A stretch of 20,319 bases of DNA from Candidatus Hermodarchaeota archaeon (GTDB lineage Archaea; Asgardarchaeota; Lokiarchaeia; Sigyniarchaeales; SOKP01). Positions 6,777 through 15,500 of the stretch are shown here, piece after piece; the first letter of the stretch is position 1, and every line of letters begins with the position of its first letter. The stretch is taken from positions 1 through 20,319 of the forward strand of contig JBHLLO010000029.1 of the NCBI GenBank assembly GCA_048885535.1, given 5' to 3'. Position numbers and translations under genes: made by a program. Below the pieces are notes generated by a model that saw only the letters and a program-made list of their open reading frames with translations, was not told the origin of the DNA and did not search any database.

Positions 6777-9700
6777 TTATAGTTCTATTTGTTTTAACTT
6801 ATTCTCTTCTTCAAATAAAGGTAATATTTCTAGCATCTCATTAATTGGAGAAATATAATTATCAAGTTTATTCAAAATAACGTCCAGAATAAAATTTATG
6901 CATCTAATATAGAATGTATCTTCTACTAATCTTTTATTTAATCCAAGAGAATTTAAAAATTGATCCACATTTGATTTTATAATAAGTAAGGATACATTAT
7001 TCTTTATTAAAGCTAAACCATGTAGAAGGATTAATAATGAACTCGTAGTAAAATCTTTTCTTTTAGAAAGAGACATAGCAAGATCAAAATATAAGTTTCC
7101 AGTCAATTTCAAATTATTTTCTTCCAAAGCGGAGGTGACTTCTTTATAATAATATTTCTTCATAGCGTTACGTTTCTTTAGAAGATCATTTCTCTCTCTT
7201 TTTATATCGGGTAACTTTTGCCGTAAATTAGCAAAATTCTGTTCTCTTTGGACTGAATCAATGCTACGCTTTCCCAATTCTTCTCTTGAGATCAATTCTT
7301 TCTCTATCTCCTTAGGAGTCTCTTTAGGGATTAATGATTTCAAATATTCGCTTTCTGGTGTAAATAAAGCTAACTTTTCAATAAAAAGATTTAAACAAGT
7401 TTCTATTAATTTTTTCAAATCATTTTCAATCGCAAAGAAAAGTTCTGGCACAAGTTTAATTTCTGGTAGATCTTCTATGTTTGATTTATACTTTTCTAAT
7501 CTATTTAAATTATCATAATAAGCAGATTTAGCTACATTTATATCATTTTCCTTAACCATTAATAAACATCCAATTATTAGGCTAATTGATGCTTGTTTAT
7601 AGAATTTCTTTTCCATTAACTGTGGAACAACATCAATATAATCCATTGCGGCTGTTCGGTATTTTTTATTCGAAAGGTCCTCTAAAGCATATCTCCAATA
7701 TTGGTTTTTCATTAATTTTCTTTTAGCAATGTCAGATTTCTCTAATTGGATACTTTTGGCTAATTGAGTTATTTTTTCCTCCAAAACATCCATTTCTATC
7801 GGAGTACTTGAGATTTCTTTACCTTTTTCCGGTGCTTTATGCTTCTCCCCTAAATATTCATATAAAAGAGTTTCTTCTTCTTTAAATAAAGGTAAATTCT
7901 CAAAAAAATGTACATATTCCTTTAATCTAAATTTTTTATGTAGCTTATTTAAATCAATTAGATACTCAATTATAGTAATAGCAAATGTTTCTGATAATAA
8001 TCGAACTAAGCTAGAATAATCCTCCTTAATTTTCTTTAATCGTGGTTCTATTAAACTAAATTTCTCTTGCTTCAATAAGATAAGAGCAATTACTGCTAAT
8101 GATACTCCTGCCAGATTATATTGCCTAATATTAAATAACCGATTAATACTTTCTTCATATTTTTTAATTGCTCCTTCATATTCTCCAGATTTTAATAAGA
8201 GTAATGCATCTTCAAAATAAGCTCTTTTATACCCTTTTCTCTGTCTTAGTTCATTTTCTTTATCTATTAAAGCATCTCTTGCCTTCTTTTTGATAAGTGA
8301 AAGCCTTTCTATAAGGGATTCTTCCTTAAAATCCTCTTCTGCCTTCTTAATCTCAATAGCACTTTTTTCAGCTTCCAATTTTTCAATTTTCTTATTGATT
8401 TCTGCTTTAATGGCATTATTATCAATTCGATCGTTAATAGCATGAGCACCTGAAAGATTTCCGAGCTCAATGTATCTTTCAGCAATAATTCTATATATTT
8501 CATTGAGATCAATCTTAATCTTTTCTAAATAAGCGAGAGATATTTCAGATGCTTTATTTGTCAAATTTAAAGCACGTTCAATTCCTTGTAGATTATTTTC
8601 TGTGTCTAAAATTTGAAGGATTCTTGACTTTATCACTTCAATATATTCTTCACTGATTGTTTGTGCTTGTTCATATAATTCTTGTTCTCTATAAATTCGT
8701 ATTAAATTTTCATATATTCTTTCTAATTCACTGTATTTTCTTTCACTTTTTATCTCTTTTAATTGTTTAAGAATAAGCTGAAATTTTTTTATTAAATATC
8801 TTTCTTTTGTTAATTCAGTAAGTTCTGTAAATAATGGAATGAATTGAGTCATAGCCTTACCTATGAGTAAAGTGTCTAATGATTTAAATAAAAGTTCTTC
8901 TTGAATTTGTTCCTTCCCAATACTTTTTAAGAAGTTAGCTTGATTTTTTATTCGTTCAGCTGCTCTTATAAATTCATTACTTTCGATTAAAGCATTTGCT
9001 TCTTTGATTATTTTTTCATTTAAACTTGCTATTATTTTTAATTCCTCATCCAAAAATTCCTTTAAAACCTTAACTCCTTTTTCGAGATTCTCTTGTATTT
9101 CCTTCCTTCTTAGTTCTTTAGCTTCTTCCTCAACTTTATCCCTAATTTTAGTTAACTTCTTCTTTATTGATAAAGAATTTAATTTATTCATTAAATCAGT
9201 AGCCATTCCAAAATTTAATTCGTTAAGAAAAAGCTGAATTAATTCTTCGAGTAAATTATCAAGATTGGATTTTTTCACTCCATAAGATTCCCATAGATTT
9301 TCTATCTCATCATAAGAATATTTAGCGGAATAAATATCATTTTTATTAATCTGTAGTTCCAATAGTTTCTTCAGTATATCAACTTGTTTATAGGTAAATT
9401 TGTCTAGAATATCAAATAGTCCTTCTCTTTGATAGACCGTTATTGCCTTATAGATTTGATCTTTTGCCTTGTCTAATTTTTTACTTTTAACTAAAAAGTC
9501 AGCTGCGGCTAAAATCTTGTCATCAATCTCTTTCAGAATGTTAAGAACTTTTTGGTGAGGTAAACTGTTAAGAATTTTAAAAGAGTACTCAACTTTACAG
9601 GCAGATATCCAAGAATTGATAGCTAGTTTAAATGTCTCGTTTCTTAATTCTATATCCTTCAATTCTATTGTTGCCCATTGAGCTGCTGTTAAATATTGTT

Positions 9701-10508
9701 TGGCAGCAAGCTCATAATCTCTATTATTAAATAACTTGTTTCCCTCTAGTATGATAGATTCAGCATATAATTTCTTAAAGTTTTCAGATTTCTTTTTGTC
9801 TATATTTTGTAAAATCTTTGAGGCTTCAAGATATAGATTTTCTTTAGAAAAGAGTAGAGCAGCTTGCTCGCTAATTATATAAAATTCTGCCTTATTAAAA
9901 ATGTCGGCAATCATAGCAGCTTTTCGAATAGCTTGTGCCGCATAAAAGAAATTTTGTTTTTCATAGTATAAATTTGCTAACAATATAAAAATAGGAAATC
10001 GCATCCACGCATTTTCGATATTTAATGGAGTATCGCCTGTGATCATTGCCAAACATAAACACTGAAGGGGCTGATAGAATTCTCTTGGAGAAACATTAAC
10101 AAAAGCTTCTAATTGAGGATATTTTAACCACAAATTTTCTAGTAACTCATTTGTAGAAATAGGTATTATCCCGTCAAGATCATAATATAATATAACTGTA
10201 GGAATATCTCTTTTAACTGAGTCAATGATAGGTAAAATTAAATCAAAATATTCTAATTCTTCGTTGTTCTGTGGATTTAAAAAATAAATAATTCCATCAA
10301 CCATAGGGAGAATCTCATCAAAATTTGCATTTATCATATCACAAATAACTTCGACTTCTAGATTGCAAACATCTTCAAAAGCATTAATTTCTTTATACCA
10401 TAATAACGTGTTTTCCTTTTCTTCACCAGCTTCTATAAATGCGTTAGAAACAAAATAAGGAGTGTATTCAATATTCCCTAAAATTAAAGTCTTAAATATA
10501 TAACGCAT
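6777..10508 (-). CDS. Large alpha-solenoid (TPR/SNAP-like) protein with a degenerate N-terminal small-GTPase-like domain and three C-terminal ~175-aa repeats
   Basis: 1243-aa uninterrupted ORF. N-terminus has YIFKTLILG...DGIIYFLNP...DIPTVILYYD (Ras-superfamily strand pattern without GKS/T). TPR-like segments such as EGNKLFNNRDYELAAKQYLTAA. Repeats end in LPLFKEE / LALFTPE / LPLFEEE. Confidence 0.8.
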   Translation of the reverse strand: MRYIFKTLILGNIEYTPYFVSNAFIEAGEEKENTLLWYKEINAFEDVCNLEVEVICDMINANFDEILPMVDGIIYFLNPQNNEELEYFDLILPIIDSVKRDIPTVILYYDLDGIIPISTNELLENLWLKYPQLEAFVNVSPREFYQPLQCLCLAMITGDTPLNIENAWMRFPIFILLANLYYEKQNFFYAAQAIRKAAMIADIFNKAEFYIISEQAALLFSKENLYLEASKILQNIDKKKSENFKKLYAESIILEGNKLFNNRDYELAAKQYLTAAQWATIELKDIELRNETFKLAINSWISACKVEYSFKILNSLPHQKVLNILKEIDDKILAAADFLVKSKKLDKAKDQIYKAITVYQREGLFDILDKFTYKQVDILKKLLELQINKNDIYSAKYSYDEIENLWESYGVKKSNLDNLLEELIQLFLNELNFGMATDLMNKLNSLSIKKKLTKIRDKVEEEAKELRRKEIQENLEKGVKVLKEFLDEELKIIASLNEKIIKEANALIESNEFIRAAERIKNQANFLKSIGKEQIQEELLFKSLDTLLIGKAMTQFIPLFTELTELTKERYLIKKFQLILKQLKEIKSERKYSELERIYENLIRIYREQELYEQAQTISEEYIEVIKSRILQILDTENNLQGIERALNLTNKASEISLAYLEKIKIDLNEIYRIIAERYIELGNLSGAHAINDRIDNNAIKAEINKKIEKLEAEKSAIEIKKAEEDFKEESLIERLSLIKKKARDALIDKENELRQRKGYKRAYFEDALLLLKSGEYEGAIKKYEESINRLFNIRQYNLAGVSLAVIALILLKQEKFSLIEPRLKKIKEDYSSLVRLLSETFAITIIEYLIDLNKLHKKFRLKEYVHFFENLPLFKEEETLLYEYLGEKHKAPEKGKEISSTPIEMDVLEEKITQLAKSIQLEKSDIAKRKLMKNQYWRYALEDLSNKKYRTAAMDYIDVVPQLMEKKFYKQASISLIIGCLLMVKENDINVAKSAYYDNLNRLEKYKSNIEDLPEIKLVPELFFAIENDLKKLIETCLNLFIEKLALFTPESEYLKSLIPKETPKEIEKELISREELGKRSIDSVQREQNFANLRQKLPDIKRERNDLLKKRNAMKKYYYKEVTSALEENNLKLTGNLYFDLAMSLSKRKDFTTSSLLILLHGLALIKNNVSLLIIKSNVDQFLNSLGLNKRLVEDTFYIRCINFILDVILNKLDNYISPINEMLEILPLFEEENKLKQIEL

Positions 10509-10619
10509 TTTAATCTAAGTTAAATTAATTATAAAAGAATTAACAGATATTCACTTAACAAATCTTTAAAACTATTATTATTATTAAAAATTATTAAATT
10601 AATTTTTTCCTTTATTTAA

Positions 10620-10655
10620 CTATTATATTAATCATATAATAGAGTTTTTAATATA
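10620..10655 (+). promoter_or_regulatory. 9-5-9 inverted repeat followed by a TATA-like box upstream of the 10680 gene
   Basis: CTATTATAT-taatc-ATATAATAG (10620-10642), then TTTTAATATA (10646-10655) about 25 nt before the ATG, consistent with a leaderless transcript. Very AT-rich, so chance occurrence is possible. Confidence 0.35.
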
Positions 10656-10679
10656 GTTTTAATTACAAGGGACTTAAAT

Positions 10680-11345
10680 ATGGCCTACATTGAACGTAAC
10701 TCGCATATAGTCGAAGCAAGAATGATTGAACAAATGGAGAAATCCTTTAAGCTAGGGCGGAAATTAATTGACACTGAATTAGATACAGGAATCTTAAATT
10801 TCATTATAAAACCAGTAGTAAAAACTTTTTATGACTATTGGACTCAAAATGACGCTCGGAAAGGTACATTGCAACAGATAAAAGTTACCTTAGAAGCAGG
10901 AAAAAAGTTGCTATCAGATTCTAATTCAAAGGATAAATTCAATGAGGTAATAGAGGATTACTTTCCGAAATATCTTAAAGCAGATCAAACAACGCATCAA
11001 TGCAGAAAATCTCATGGAAATTATGATAAATTAGTTGAAATAGCAAAAAAAACCTTTATTAATTACGTAAGAGAAGTCATAATCTTTTTAAGTATTAAAG
11101 AAGAGGTTAGAGATTATGGTGATCTCTGTAGAATTGCTTTTTCTAATAAAGAAGAGGCTCGAGTAAATTTAATAAAGCAATTAGATTACACAGATGAGGC
11201 GATAAGTTTAATTGAAGAGGATCCAAGTATTCTTAGCATTCCTGTAGCAAAGAGAATTATAGTTAAAGTATTAAGAAAAGGATTCGAAGAAACAAGGAAA
11301 GAATTTATACAAGCATTAGATGAAACTTATAATCATGAACATTAA
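10680..11345 (+). CDS. Hypothetical alpha-helical protein, tandem paralog 1
   Basis: 221-aa ORF aligning end-to-end with the next ORF (ERN...RM.EQ, DTEL..G.LN...KPVVK.FY.YW, NDARKGTL.QI, DQT..QCR..H, KVLRKGFE). Conservation at the protein level supports coding status. Confidence 0.85.
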   Translation: MAYIERNSHIVEARMIEQMEKSFKLGRKLIDTELDTGILNFIIKPVVKTFYDYWTQNDARKGTLQQIKVTLEAGKKLLSDSNSKDKFNEVIEDYFPKYLKADQTTHQCRKSHGNYDKLVEIAKKTFINYVREVIIFLSIKEEVRDYGDLCRIAFSNKEEARVNLIKQLDYTDEAISLIEEDPSILSIPVAKRIIVKVLRKGFEETRKEFIQALDETYNHEH

Positions 11346-11451
11346 AAGTATTAAATCTATGAATATTTTTACTCTTATAATATATGATTATTCCTAAATT
11401 GAATATTTAATATCAACATGTTTAGCAATTAAATAGAACGGAAATGTTAAA

Positions 11452-12111
11452 ATGCATTATTTAGAGAGAAATTATGAGATTTTAGAGGAAAGAATGAAAG
11501 AACAGACTGAAATCTCTTTAAATTTTGGAAAGTCTTTATTAGATACTGAATTGGAATTTGGAGTATTAAATATTGTTGTTAAGCCTGTTGTTAAATCATT
11601 TTACCAGTATTGGGGTAATGATGCTCGGAAAGGCACATTAGAACAGATTAGAATAACTTTAAGTACTGCTAAAGAGCTAATAAAGAACAGTAATTACACA
11701 GAACAAAAATTTAATGAACTAATTAATGAAAATTTTAACATTTATCTTCAGAATGATCAAACAGATCGTCAGTGTAGAAGAAATCATAAAAATTACAATA
11801 ATCTCAAAGAAATTACGAAAAATTGCTTTATTACACAAGTTCAGGAGAGTATAATCCTGCTAAGTGTAAAGGATGATAATATCAGAAATTATAATGATTT
11901 ATCAAGAGCGGCATTTAAAACAAAAGAAAGAGCATTTAATGCCTTGAAAAGACAATTAGATTTTAATGAAGCCGGTATAGAAATTGTAGAGAAAGATCCT
12001 TCTATTTTAAAAGTACTAACTGGGAAGAATATAATCATAAAAGTACTTAGAAAAGGATTCGAATTAACTAAGGCAAAATTACTGGAGGAATTAGATATAA
12101 TATTTAATTAA
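11452..12111 (+). CDS. Hypothetical alpha-helical protein, tandem paralog 2
   Basis: 219-aa ORF, full-length paralog of 10680..11345 (roughly half of residues identical by eye). Confidence 0.85.
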   Translation: MHYLERNYEILEERMKEQTEISLNFGKSLLDTELEFGVLNIVVKPVVKSFYQYWGNDARKGTLEQIRITLSTAKELIKNSNYTEQKFNELINENFNIYLQNDQTDRQCRRNHKNYNNLKEITKNCFITQVQESIILLSVKDDNIRNYNDLSRAAFKTKERAFNALKRQLDFNEAGIEIVEKDPSILKVLTGKNIIIKVLRKGFELTKAKLLEELDIIFN

Positions 12112-12134
12112 AATATAAAATTTCTGGTTAGATT

Positions 12135-13706
12135 TTGAGTCATCCTATAATTCAAAAAGAAAGTGAAATTCAAGGTCAAAAGGATATTAAACGCACAATT
12201 TTTGTTAATATCTTTATCGAGATTTTTATTATTATGTGTTACTTTTATGTGTCAGAGATTTTTGGCTCTATTTCCACACCTTTTATAGCATCTAATGATT
12301 TCTCAGTGACCTTCAGTATACCTTTATTTCTATTTACTTTTTTTTCTATACTCGCAGGACCTTTTCATGGATTTATATCTGGTTTTATAAGTGAATTCAT
12401 GTTTCAAATCGCATTCTATTCCTCTATTCATCTTAATTGGATTTTTATAATAGCTCTTTATGGTTTAATTTGTGGATCTTATAAATATAGACCTTTGATA
12501 TATAAAAATCCAAAAAAAATGTTGTACACAATTTTAATGATTGTCTTTTCTTCTATGATTGCATTTTTAATAATTACCATATCTTACTTAATTTTTGATT
12601 TAGTAGAAAGTAGCATATATAGTATTCTGATTAATTTCGGAGTCAAGTTCTTGATCCAGGCTTTGCTTTCAGTAGTTTTTTTAGTACCATTATTAATAGT
12701 TGTATATGATTGGTTTTTAGCAAGGAAAGAACGTCCTTTCTATAATTTACTTTTAACACACCATCCAATCTCAGCTAGTGATCATACCTTTTATTTAAAA
12801 TTTGGCAGAACGAAAATATATTTTTGCTCCAGGTGTTCTGGTGTAATTCTTGGCACGATTGTTTCATCTTTCTTTTTTCATCTAATAAATTTAGTTTTTC
12901 AAATTTCTTTAAGTCCTGAAATTGCGCTAATCTTAATAATTTGTGTCCCAATTCCAGGCTTGATAGATTGGGGCACACAAAGGTTGTTATTGAGAAAAAG
13001 CACTACTACTTCAAGGTTATTAACAGGTCTAATAATAGGTGTGGGGCTTAATTTGATTTATTTTACTGATAAGTATTATTGGATAACCCTAACAGTTATC
13101 GCGATATTTTTTTCGATTCTTTTCATATTAATGTTTTTAGGTTATAGAAAAGAACTGAAGGTTTTTCGTGAAGGTTTAAATGCTATGTCTTATAATAGCG
13201 AGTATAATATTATTTTTATCCATGGACTTGAAAGTTCAGGTCAAGGGTTTAAAGCACAGTATTTGAAATCAATATTTCCAAATATACTAACACCAGATTT
13301 CAAGAAGTTTGATTCTAAAGAGAGTTTTAAATCATTATTATCCGAAAGAATGATGCAATTAGATACAATATTGGAAGAGAAAAATAATTGGGTAATTTTT
13401 GGCTCAAGTTTTGGGGGTTTAATGGGAGCATTATATACATTGCAAAATCCCGAGAAAGTCGAACGCTTAATTTTGTTCGCTCCATTTTTAGCCCTAGAAG
13501 AATTTGTAGATTTAAAGTTTGAGCCAGTTAAAATTCCTGTTACAATATACCATGGAAAAAATGATAATGTAGTACCATTGGACAAAACAATGGAGGAAGC
13601 TAGTAAGTTATTTAAAAATCTTGAGTATAATATTGTAGATGATGACCATTATCTACACTCAACCATCAAAAAAATAAACTGGAAAGAACTCTTTCTAGTA
13701 ATTTAA
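12135..13706 (+). CDS. Fusion protein: ECF S-component-like membrane domain + DUF2085-like membrane domain + YqiA/UPF0227-like alpha/beta hydrolase
   Basis: LAGPFHGFISGFISE in a multi-TM N-terminus (S-component-like); HHP...FCSRCSG...PGLIDWGTQ...RLLTGLIIG (DUF2085-like); then FIHGLESS, GSSFGG, HGKNDNVVP, DDH (Ser-Asp-His triad). TTG start. Confidence 0.8.
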   Translation: MSHPIIQKESEIQGQKDIKRTIFVNIFIEIFIIMCYFYVSEIFGSISTPFIASNDFSVTFSIPLFLFTFFSILAGPFHGFISGFISEFMFQIAFYSSIHLNWIFIIALYGLICGSYKYRPLIYKNPKKMLYTILMIVFSSMIAFLIITISYLIFDLVESSIYSILINFGVKFLIQALLSVVFLVPLLIVVYDWFLARKERPFYNLLLTHHPISASDHTFYLKFGRTKIYFCSRCSGVILGTIVSSFFFHLINLVFQISLSPEIALILIICVPIPGLIDWGTQRLLLRKSTTTSRLLTGLIIGVGLNLIYFTDKYYWITLTVIAIFFSILFILMFLGYRKELKVFREGLNAMSYNSEYNIIFIHGLESSGQGFKAQYLKSIFPNILTPDFKKFDSKESFKSLLSERMMQLDTILEEKNNWVIFGSSFGGLMGALYTLQNPEKVERLILFAPFLALEEFVDLKFEPVKIPVTIYHGKNDNVVPLDKTMEEASKLFKNLEYNIVDDDHYLHSTIKKINWKELFLVI

Positions 13707-13730
13707 TTTATGGTAATATATAGTTATCCT

Positions 13731-13754
13731 AAAAATTGGACTCCAATTTTTTTT
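13731..13754. repeat. Perfect 10-1-10 inverted repeat ending in a T8 tract (operator or terminator)
   Basis: AAAAATTGGA-C-TCCAATTTTT at 13731-13751, continuing as T's to 13754. It lies 24 nt after the stop of the fusion gene and about 113 nt before the next ATG. Confidence 0.6.
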
Positions 13755-13864
13755 AATTGATTTAATTCATAAATAAAATAAGTAATATAAAATCTCAAAA
13801 AATTTTATTTTTAAAAATGAAAAAAAAATAAATTTCATTATAAATATATAAGTGTGATATTTTC

Positions 13865-15484
13865 ATGGTTAAAGAAAAGTTATTCATATGTCGTGAATGT
13901 GGATATGCATTTCCTAAGGAATTATCTCAACTCATCGATAGTCGAGTACAAGTATATTGTGAAATGTGTGGGACCCCATTTTCCTTAGAGGGAATAGAAT
14001 TTAAGAAACCAGAATTAAAACCACCAAAATTTGCTCTTCCTAAAATTCCGACGTATGATAAAGCTGATTCTAGCAAATCAAAATTAAGTAAAGCTATTAA
14101 AACGTTTAATAAATTCGCTTACTTACCCATACTGATATTCTCTGGCATATATATTGGTTTCTTATTTGAAATTTTTATTGATCCGAACAACTGGATTAAT
14201 ATTTTAACAAGCCATTTATCTCTTGGTATAGGTGGATTACTAATAGTTATTTATGATATTAGCCACATTTCACCTAGAATTGAAGGAGAAAGATATGATG
14301 CGATATTATTAGATGCTTTTTGTTTTGGTATTTTAGGTTGTATCATATATGGTGTAGGAGTACTTCTCTTGATTAAGGGTATATTAATCTTTATCTATGT
14401 AGCTTTAAATTCTAAGGAAAAATCCTACAAAGTATATAATTTTGGTTTAAAGTTGAAAAATTCGATAAATGAATTTTCTGCTAAAGCGGGAATAATAATT
14501 GCCTTTTTTGTTTTATATAGGTTCTCTCTTATAGATTTTGATGCAAAGTTCATAATAAACATAATTGATTTTATTTCTCAGAGAATTAGCAGTTTAGATC
14601 AATGGCTAATATTTACTATAACCTCAGTAATCTTAGCAATCTATTGTTTCATTCCATTACTAATTCTAATTATTGATGCACGAAGAAGGCCAAAATTACG
14701 AGAGAAAAAGATAATATCTTTTAAATGTGCTATTGGCACTATCATTTTAGGAATATTTGGGACAATCTTTTTCGCATTGGGAATATTTATTTTATTAAAA
14801 GGAATTCTTTTATTTTTCTTAGCCGCTGGAAAACCGTCAGATTATTCAGAGTTTCAAGAAACTGTCGAAATGGAGAAAGTTGAATATCCAGAATATAAAA
14901 AAGAAGAAAAACCTGAAAAATTAATCCCACCTGAAGATTATACTATCGCTAAAGAAGAGAAATCCGAAATTCCAGAAGAATTACCTAAAATCGAAATAAA
15001 GGAAGAAGCAAAATTTGAAATCGAAGAAGAAACGGAACAGATCGAAAAAGAGGAATTAGAAGAGGAACCCCCTAGAGAACCTAAACCAATCTCTAAGAAA
15101 CCGGATTCTGATATCTTAAGACTTCATGATTCATTATTGCCTGTAAAAGATGAAAAAGATAAAAAAATTGTAAAGGAATATTTTTCAAAAATTTTTACAG
15201 TTCTTTCAAAGGGTATCAGGAAACAAATAAATGGACTTAATATACCTAAAAAAGAGAAGAAAGAAATCCTAAAAGAATTAGCTTTCTTAACCAAAGAAGA
15301 ACAAATTAAATATCTTGAGGGTTTAGCAGAGTTATATAAAGAACTTCCAAAAAAATTAATAGAGAGAATAAAGAAACTTCCAAATGTAAAACCTCAGCAT
15401 TATGATAAAATCATTGATCAATTGAGGTATATGAATGCTGAGGAACAAATTAACTTTTTACAATTTTTAGAGGAAAATGCCTAA
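13865..15484 (+). CDS. Hypothetical membrane protein: N-terminal Zn ribbon, duplicated TM module, acidic/Pro linker, duplicated C-terminal helical module
   Basis: CRECG-x-CEMCG; about 7-8 hydrophobic segments; E/K/P-rich linker; two 47-aa-spaced repeats containing L..EEQI..L..L. SD-like GTGAT at 13854-13858. Confidence 0.85.
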   Translation: MVKEKLFICRECGYAFPKELSQLIDSRVQVYCEMCGTPFSLEGIEFKKPELKPPKFALPKIPTYDKADSSKSKLSKAIKTFNKFAYLPILIFSGIYIGFLFEIFIDPNNWINILTSHLSLGIGGLLIVIYDISHISPRIEGERYDAILLDAFCFGILGCIIYGVGVLLLIKGILIFIYVALNSKEKSYKVYNFGLKLKNSINEFSAKAGIIIAFFVLYRFSLIDFDAKFIINIIDFISQRISSLDQWLIFTITSVILAIYCFIPLLILIIDARRRPKLREKKIISFKCAIGTIILGIFGTIFFALGIFILLKGILLFFLAAGKPSDYSEFQETVEMEKVEYPEYKKEEKPEKLIPPEDYTIAKEEKSEIPEELPKIEIKEEAKFEIEEETEQIEKEELEEEPPREPKPISKKPDSDILRLHDSLLPVKDEKDKKIVKEYFSKIFTVLSKGIRKQINGLNIPKKEKKEILKELAFLTKEEQIKYLEGLAELYKELPKKLIERIKKLPNVKPQHYDKIIDQLRYMNAEEQINFLQFLEENA

Positions 15485-15500
15485 GAATTAATGAATTATA

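Noticed and set aside
5325-9237. Short ORFs 5325..5687, 6180..6401, 7261..7518, 8309..8512, 9004..9237
   Set aside because: Antisense or off-frame shadows of well-supported genes; several have the F/S/L/I-rich composition expected opposite K/E-rich coding strands.
10573-10586. (TAT)n microsatellite and other AT-only palindromes in intergenic regions
   Set aside because: Too short and low-complexity to support a function.
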